A DNA stretch of 64,000 nucleotides, taken from positions 10,788,001-10,852,000 of the forward strand of contig CP075494.1 in NCBI GenBank assembly GCA_021613535.1, written 5' to 3'. Made by a program: the position numbers and the translations under genes. This DNA comes from Adineta vaga. Its lineage: Eukaryota; Animalia; Rotifera. Position 1 is the first letter of the stretch. Each line of letters begins with the position of its first letter. Under the pieces are notes generated by a model. The model had not been told where the DNA came from. It was given only the letters and a program-made list of their open reading frames with translations, and ran no database searches. Of this stretch, positions 55,901 through 64,000 are shown piece by piece.

Positions 55901-56569
55901 ATGATTCCATTACAAACATCGATATCAAAATTAGAAACATCCTCTTTTATTGATCTACTTTCTTCACCAATCAATAATGAACATGAAGTCAATTTTTCTT
56001 CGACAACTATGTTAAATAAACGTTCTAAACGTTCACGTTTTGATTTTAAAAAAACTTTACAACGAAGTAAAAGTATGTGTATGACTCAATTTAATTCATG
56101 GCTTCAACGTCGTCGTCAACAACATTTATCGGAATCACGACGAAAATCTGCAATTGATCCAAAAACAAATAAAGATATTAAAATTTCACCATGTTCAACA
56201 CCAAAATTTCTTGGTTCACCACGTTTAGCTCGTATTCATCAAAAAATCTTCAAACAACATCCATCACCTATTGAACCATTGATTGAATCACCATCATTCT
56301 CTTCACCATTGTTAGATGATTCCGATGAACAATTTCAAAAGATCGAACATCCTGTACGAATCTATTTACCAGCTCGAAATTCTCCCTCAACAAGGCATGT
56401 ACGTATTATTGATGTTACATCGATTCCCGAGAATAATACAACAATAACAACACCACCGATGTCAAAAATAACATCACCAGTTCTTCAACGACGAAACTTT
56501 ACATCAGCATTAAAAACAACCGCGCGAGAACGACGAGAAAGTTTTGCAGCACAATCAAAAAGTTCTTAA
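52953..56569 (+). CDS. Uncharacterized Ser/Thr-rich protein with short coiled coils; multi-exon
   Basis: Large in-frame exons 52953-53373, 53728-54122, 54623-55386 and ~55760-56569 with canonical splice sites. No family recognised. Confidence 0.7.
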
Positions 56570-56907
56570 AATAACTTTTCTTTTTCTTTTCGTTTTCAAT
56601 GTGACTGACTGCTTATATACATTATTTCTTTATACATTTTCTTTTCCTTTTTCTTTTCGTTGACTACTAATTTTTACAGTAAATAACCTAATATAATGGA
56701 TTACTTATGACAACATGTCATAAGTTGATTAGAACAGAAATACATTCTTATTGTCGTTTTATCGTTAATATCTTTATCGATATTGATGGTTGTCCTTTCT
56801 TCTTTTTTTCTATACCATCTGTCGTATCTCTTTCTGTCCTTAAAGATGATTCTATAATATGATCAAATCGATTTGAGTTACACTTATTTGCATCTATTTT
56901 GGCGCTT

Positions 56908-56909
<2 letters not shown>

Positions 56910-56937
<28 letters not shown>
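56910..56937. repeat. (ATT)n microsatellite
   Basis: About 9 units downstream of the orphan gene. Confidence 0.85.
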
Positions 56938-56941
<4 letters not shown>

Positions 56942-58712
56942 CACACACCCACACCTACACACTTCTTTCTTCGAATATTTTTATGCGTGAGATAGATTCT
57001 AAACAAGTATTACTTCAGTCCAAATCGTGTTTAGAAATCCTACTTCGATTTATATTACATTGCATGCTAACTTAATGTGTTTAATTCATAAAAGATGTTA
57101 AATAGAAATATTACTAACTGATACATATTTTTCCTTTGTTTTTATCGATTGAATCGAAATAATATTAACATATAGGAAGGAAAACCTTTTCCTCTTCAAT
57201 GAGCATAAGAATATTTAATCGATCGTGAAACTTCTATCTAATTAATGATGTTAATCTATTATCAAATGGTAAGAAATATTCTACATATTCGACGGATACA
57301 TCTTTCACAGATATAATTAGCATAAAGTTAACGAAAGACTTCTTCTCCGCAATGAATAAATAATAGCATTATCCTAGCAATTAAAATTGCGAGTTATTCT
57401 ACAAGTAAAATTGTATATTACGCTGTTCTATAATAAGTAGGAATTATTTTAGCACCCGAACAGCGTGAAACAATTTTGATTTTATTATAGAAAAAGTTTC
57501 ATAAGTACAACACATAATCATTTGAGTTCTTTTTTTTTCTTAACGGAGATCGATCGTTCGTTCTCGTTTTCATTGGATAGTATTATTTATCATCGAAAGA
57601 ACATTCATAAAAAACAATATCGAATCCCTTACAGAACTTCTATTTGGTAATGTCTTCTTTTCCTTTCGTCTGTAGATATTTAATGGTTGAGAAAGAGATA
57701 ATTTATTTCATGGTCGATGACAGAATAGCAATATGATTTCTTATCGGTCTTTTGTTAATACTGGAATTGATGTTTACTCTTTATTTTCAATTGTAAACTA
57801 ACCGATCAACTGAATGAATCTCAAGTAACAGTTAACGATGAATAGAATAAGTGAGTAGATCGAATAAACGAACGCTTCTCTTCTCTTCTCTTTTCTTTTC
57901 TCTAGATAAGTATATAAGAAAAAGTATTTCTTTATTTCTCTCATCATAATAGATACAAAGAATTTTTTGAAAGTTTTTCTCTCGTAGTACATTTCTATAT
58001 ATGAACAATAAATGTTTCTAAATTCTCACGAGATTCACAAACGATATTATTATATCAAATTTTGACAGTTCTAATTTCCGAGAATCGATGATAGTCGAAC
58101 AATATAACAGCAAACTGACGTATTAAATAGTTTATCTATACGCTTTACATCTGGTAGAAAACAATATATTCTTTTCATTGTATCATATATATAAATATAA
58201 AGCATACACATGTGCATAGCACATTCTGATTGAAAAGTATTTTCTCATTAATTTATCATAGAGAGAAATGTGTTCGTTCCCGAGTTTTCTTCATATGTGA
58301 TCAGGGGAATATTTCCTTTTCAGAATAGAGAGAGAGAATCATTTCTCTTCTAACGGAAGAAGACGAGAAAGAAAATAAACTACAAGTTCTTTTTTATTCA
58401 TAGACAATATCATTTTTCAAACCTAGATATTTTTCTTTACCTTTTTTTAAAGGAAAGAACAAGAGTGCAGTTCTATTACAGACATGATTTGTTAATTCTT
58501 CAATCAAAATCTTATCAAAGGTTTGTAAATACAACGAATATTTTCTTTTTATTGCTTTCCCTATGTACCCAATAGATAAGCATGTCTGTTATTTGTATGT
58601 TTATCTTCTTTTCCTGAAAAATTTATATTCACAGACATGACTAATTTAATATTTATTCTAGATGAAGAGAACATTGATTTATTTTTGATATGATCTTTCA
58701 AATAGAATATTA

Positions 58713-60866
58713 ATGAATTGTAGCGAAGGTAAGAATAAAGTGTCAGATTTATTTTGAAAGATTGTTAATCCATATTAAATTGTAGATCCCATTCGATTAA
58801 CTGAATATCATTTTCGTACACCATTTGCATTTTGGACTTTAGGCGTTGTCAGTATTATTCTATCCTTTTTTGCCAATGCAGGAAATCTAATCAATTTATT
58901 TGTTCTCACACGACGTCATATGAGATCTACAATGACAACATTATTAGTGACACTTGCTTGGGCTGATCTTGTACCACCAACAGTTGTTTCTTTAAATAAT
59001 ATTCTTTTCTATTATGTACTACCGCATATGGGTCATTCATCGACATTTTTAACAACGCATATTATCACTCGTGCACTTTTTAACGTCTTAGCAAATATCT
59101 TCACAACATTTAGTAATTGGTTGATTGTGTTAATTACTACATTTCGATTAATTGTTGTTAAGGTAATTCAATTTTTTCGTTTTCAATCCGCTTACTTATT
59201 TTAAAGCGTTAAGACTAAGTACTTTCTCGAATGATTACTTTCGTCTATACGAATAAAAATAGATGCCGGAAACAAGATGAAGTACATGAATGCATCGGAT
59301 AATTTATCAGTAACAAAATATGTGTTTTTCAAGAGGAATATTAATGAGCATCCGATTAATATTTACCCATCTGAATGCTACGAAAATAACCTAACTTTCA
59401 GTCAATAAAAAATACAAATGATTTCGAATAGTAAACGCATGATATGAATTAATAATTTTTCTGTTAAAAAATAATAAATATTCATAAGTCTTCAGATAAG
59501 ATAGAAATCTTTTGACAACTAAGTTCTTTTCGACGTTTTTTTCTGTTTCTATTAACCTTCATTTTACAGCAGATTTTTTTATTATAGAAATTTGTTATAA
59601 AGTCCATTATATCTTTTGCTTTTATTAGAATTAAATTGACTTTCTTCGAAGGTTTCTGTCTGTTATGATGAATAGTGAAAACTAAATTGATTAAGAAAAT
59701 ATTTTAAGTATTCATTTTGTAAAAACTGTGAAGAGGAAATGCATTAGATTTATATCACGCGATAGATGTTTTTGAGTGGAAACTTGCAAAGACTGAAAAT
59801 TAATCAGTAGAACTTATCTTTTCTATTATTAAAAAGAAAAAGATTTATTTTAAACTGATTTAAATCATAAAATCGCATAAATTAATCCGAATTTATCACG
59901 GAGATAAGTAAAGAATTTTTAATTTGTTTTTAGAAACCATTACTTGCTAAAAACTATTGTAATCGTCGAACCGCTCGTTCTGCTATTGTGATTATTCTAA
60001 TTCTTTCAATCTTTATCAATTTACCATTATTTTTCTATACAAGTATTCGTGTATATTGTACAAATTATGGTTCAATCAAATATTATGGTTTAGGATTATC
60101 TTCATTTCTACAAACAAAATATTTCTCTCGTTTATTCTATCCAACAATGGTAATTGTTTCTCTTCTTGCTCCATGGTTAATTTGTTTTCTTATTTGGTTA
60201 TTTTTAATTCGTGCATTACGTTCTGCACAAGTTCAATTGACAACAAAAACGATGAATACAACATTTACAAATGATCGTAAACAAGATACTTATTTTCGTA
60301 TAACATTAATGATTGTTTGTGTTCTAACGGTTTATATGGTCTGTCGAAGTGTCCATTTATTTGAAGTCATTTATATTCTTCTAATGCCTCTATTAAATCC
60401 AACATTACAATTTTATTTCGCTCATATTCGAGTTCAATTATTTTGCATATCAAATATTATGTTAACAATCAATCATGGTGCCAATTTTTATATCTATTCA
60501 ATCAATCCAAAATTTCGTCTGACATTGAAATTATATATGACATATTATTTTCGTCGATGTCGAATCAAACGTCGACGTACATTTACAATATTTCATTTAC
60601 GAAGAAAAAAGACGAATGATAGCTTAGATGGTTTAAGTGTTCCCAATGATTTCAATCGATCATTTATGTTATCAACACCACATGAAATCTTACGTGCAAA
60701 TAAATACAATTTCAAAAAAGCTCATGATTTAAATCCAAAATCAAGTCTACGAAAACCAGAGAAATATATTGATGAAATTGTTGAAATGCATTCAAATAAT
60801 GACAATTCAGAGAAAAGTGTCGTTTGGAGAGAAATCGAACAAAAATTAAAACATCCTCGTCGATAA
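58713..60866 (+). CDS. Class A peptide-type GPCR (FMRFamide-receptor-like), 3 exons
   Basis: MNCSE|DPIRL...NAGNLINLFVLTRRHMRSTMTTLLVTLAWADL, FSNWLIVLITTFRLIVVK|KP, INLPLFF, LLAPWL, INHGANFYIY. Confidence 0.85.
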
Positions 60867-61940
60867 GATTTCTGTTGTATCTGATGATTTGTATCAAACA
60901 GTTTATTTTTCTTTGAAATATATATATATATTAATTGCGCGTCTTTCGAAAGAAAAAAAAAGACAATTTCTACACTAAATTCATGAATAATGATCAACAA
61001 GTTTGGTGTATTCCAACTGATTGGTAAGAAGTTCATTATCATTGATATTCTCTTTATGAACGCCACATATTAATCATTGAATATACAAGGACAAACTTTG
61101 CATTTAAAATATTTTTAAATAACTTGTTTGGGAAATGAAACTTACCGATCGTAAGCATATATAAGCTTCTTTAAAAAGAAAATTAATAGCAAGTTGTACT
61201 CTGGGGGATGAGAGTGTGAGAAGTAAAACAAGATGACATATAATATTCAGCTATTATGCTAGCAGTTATTTAATGAGAATATCATGTCTATTTAAAAGTC
61301 ATGAATAAAATTCTCAATATCTAAACGTTTGAGTAACAAACTCTTTTTGACAATTAACTGTATAAAGTCGATTTCTAACAATAGATTACTGAGGAGTTCC
61401 GAAAATACATCTAGTCGCCAGTCTAATGAGCTAGGTTGTTTTTAGTAAGTTCAACCAGGCCATGACGTGACATTTCTCTTTCTCAAATACTTTAATCGGA
61501 ACTTCCGAATACTATAGAAAAGTATATGAAACGAAGCAATAAATAGCAAGAATAAGTCATTTCTTAGTTGAAGAGAGGATATCAGTCGTTATGTTATAAA
61601 AGTTATTACTACTAATAGATCATCATAACTCAGATATTTAATAAAAACAAGATGAAAGAATGCCCTTATGTAAACTTACGGTCACAGAATAAACGCACTA
61701 AAAATAAATCAGTCTTTTTTGACATGAATTCTAATCAGAGAAAGTAACGCATCAAAACTAATCACATACTATTCTACTTCGTATGTCAAAAAGCTTACAC
61801 GGAACTGTTGTCAACGCCTAGGCATTTGCCTTTAACGAACTGAAAAGAAAATTTGATTGCTATGTCATGTCACTCATTATTCGTTGAAAAGATTTATGTT
61901 CAATGTGATTCATACGTTTTTAATTAAAACTTTTCTCTAG

Positions 61941-63607
61941 TGTATCATTTCTTGCGGTAAAACTTCATTTATAAATTCATCAATAAAGAAATATGTTAAG
62001 GCTGCCACATCATGGAATCAAACTTATATAAATCTTGGCAATAAATTTCTATCTCACACAACAGATAGGATTCTTACACAAATTCGAGATTTAATTGATT
62101 TGAATGAAGTAAGAATCTATTTGATATGAAAATTAGCATCGAGAATCGTTTCCACTTTTTTCGATTGACAAATGGCGATCGATTATCACTGATCTGGTTG
62201 AACGTACTCTAGCTTACTCAGTAAATAATATTAAAAACTTAAATTAAAATTTGTGACATACTTCATAGCCAAATATTAATCAAGATTTACTTGTTGCGAA
62301 TGTTTCTGAAAAGATTTTTAATGATTATCGATTTATTGTAAGAAGCAATCAGCAAAAATGACTATTGACTTTGGATATCTAGACAAAAGATGTGAATAAA
62401 ACCTATGAACAAAATATCAATGAAGTTTTTAATCAATACAAAAACACAATTTCTTCGCGAGCAGCAAGTGGTGATGTAAGTTGTATTATCAATTGATCGT
62501 GATGAGTATTGCTAAATTATAGATGCCTGAGCAATGCGTTAAAGAAGTTGTTTGTGCAATAGAACAATTTAAATCTCGTCTCTTAGCTCGAACAGGAAAA
62601 GTAGGATGATAAGGAAAGTCGACGAAATTACCTCTGTTTTATCTAGATGGTACAAGAAAATATGCCGAAAGAAATAATGAAATCTATCGAAATTGGTTTA
62701 GAAAAAAGTGGAACTGTAAATATTTTGACGATAATAAAAAAGAAAGCTTCAGTTTTATATTCTTCAAGGATCCTAAAAAAGCAGATTTGATAAAGAATGA
62801 TCTCAAACAACTATTGAATAATCTATCACATGATAAAGAATTTGTATATTAGTTATTAATTGATCCTTTATGTTGATAATATTCTATTTTAGAATCAATT
62901 AGATCCTCATACAAAAGCGGGTATAAATGATTTTATTTCGATTAGATTCTTTCATATTGATTGATTATCTAGCAGTTATCCAGTCACATGTAGAAAAGAT
63001 GGTTTTGAAGAAATATAATAATGATCAAGTAGTTCTTTTTCTCCAACAATTGAGCTTTTGAAAAGCATTTTCTTTTTCTTTAAATTAGAAAGTACCGACA
63101 ATTCTCAATGAAGTTCAATCAGCAATGTTACCATCGATTCAAAGTCAAATTGAACAATCCAAACAGAATGAAACACAACAACAAGAAAAAGCAGATAATT
63201 CTATATCTCATTTACAACGAACTGCAAGTGATCATTCAACTTATGATACAAGTTCTCCAGTAGATAAAGTAACTCTTAGATACATTAAAATTCGATTTAC
63301 TTTTTTTCAATCAGAAACATCATCGACGAATGCCACATAATCCTAGAAATCCATCTCATCGAAAAGAACACAAGAACTCAAGGTAATCAATTTAGGTTTT
63401 TTTTTCTAAAATTTAATGCTAGAATATCATGATATTTTAGACAACAAATATTGAATACTTCTAGTCCATTTACTGGTAAATAAATTTTCTTTTAAAAATC
63501 GATGAAACATTTCTCGTTTAGAATGTACTGATTATGATCCATATGGAAATTATGATAAATACAAAGCAAAACGTTTACATGAAAATAAACAAAACATTGT
63601 CTATTAA
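61941..63607 (+). CDS. Uncharacterized helical protein encoded by ~14 small exons
   Basis: A chain of in-frame GT-AG exons (CIISCGKTSF..., HRESFPLFSIDKWRS..., TKDVNKTYEQNINEVF..., MPEQCVKEVV..., DPKKADLIK..., KVPTILNEVQSAMLP...) ending YDKYKAKRLHENKQNIVY* at 63605-63607. The start is upstream and uncertain (possibly ATG 61862). Confidence 0.65.
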
Positions 63608-63640
63608 ATCCTCTTCGTTTTCTTTTCATATAAAAATCTT

Positions 63641-63991
63641 TCAGATTGCATCAACACGACATACAATCACTAGAATATCATCTCGACCATTTGCTATATA
63701 TCCTAAAATCAGCAAAGAAAGAAATTTTATTAATAAAAAATAAGTTCAATATACCGTCAACTGCTTGACTAAGAAGATCATCAGCTAAATCTTGTAAATG
63801 CTACAAAAGACGTTTTGAAACAAATGATTTCTCTTCATACGAAAGAATCAATTACTTTATTAGTATTTCGTTCGATAATTTCTTGTAATTGATCAGTTTT
63901 GATAACATCCCATAAACCATCGGAAGATAAGATGATAATATCATCTTTTTGAACTTCGAATGTATCCAATGAACAATCTCGTAAGACTTCA
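63641..63991 (-). CDS. PP2C-family phosphatase, PTC7-like, 3' end only (continues beyond window)
   Basis: Exons 63991-63856 (FEVQKDDIIILSSDGLWDV), 63800-63755 (HLQDLADDLLSQAVD) and 63702-63641 (GYIANGRDDILVIVCRVDAI*) carry the DG and DD metal-binding motifs. Confidence 0.8.
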
Positions 63992-64000
63992 CTAAAATTT

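Noticed and set aside
63534-63743. Plus-strand ORF IASTRHTITRISS... as the last exon of the orphan
   Set aside because: It is the antisense of the PP2C terminal exon, and the orphan has an in-frame stop at 63607.

Overview
Eukaryotic (animal) genomic DNA: very AT-rich and gene-dense, with many ~45-70 bp GT-AG introns and short microsatellites. This architecture and gene content best fit a bdelloid rotifer (inference, not proven). I reconstructed about 20 protein-coding loci by splicing exons by eye. In order: a CUX/CASP locus encoding both the 3xCUT-homeodomain factor and the Golgi protein CASP, a PALS1/Stardust-type MAGUK, a USP53/54/echinus-like protein with a degenerate catalytic domain, an Mn-type CDF transporter, stomatin with three alternative first exons, actin, C1orf50-like, a class-A GPCR, a RING-H2 protein, CFAP57, NUPR1-like (missed by the ORF track), a CD225/dispanin, MAN2B1, JTB, PABPN1, an intronless bacterial-looking lysophospholipase (HGT candidate), an orphan gene, a second GPCR, a second orphan, and the 3' end of a PTC7-like PP2C. 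I found no rRNA, tRNA, CRISPR array or intact mobile element. Homologue comparisons are from recalled family motifs, not database searches. I cannot demonstrate a wholly new multi-gene system. The best leads are the CUX/CASP split, the pseudo-DUB, the HGT lipase and the orphan genes.
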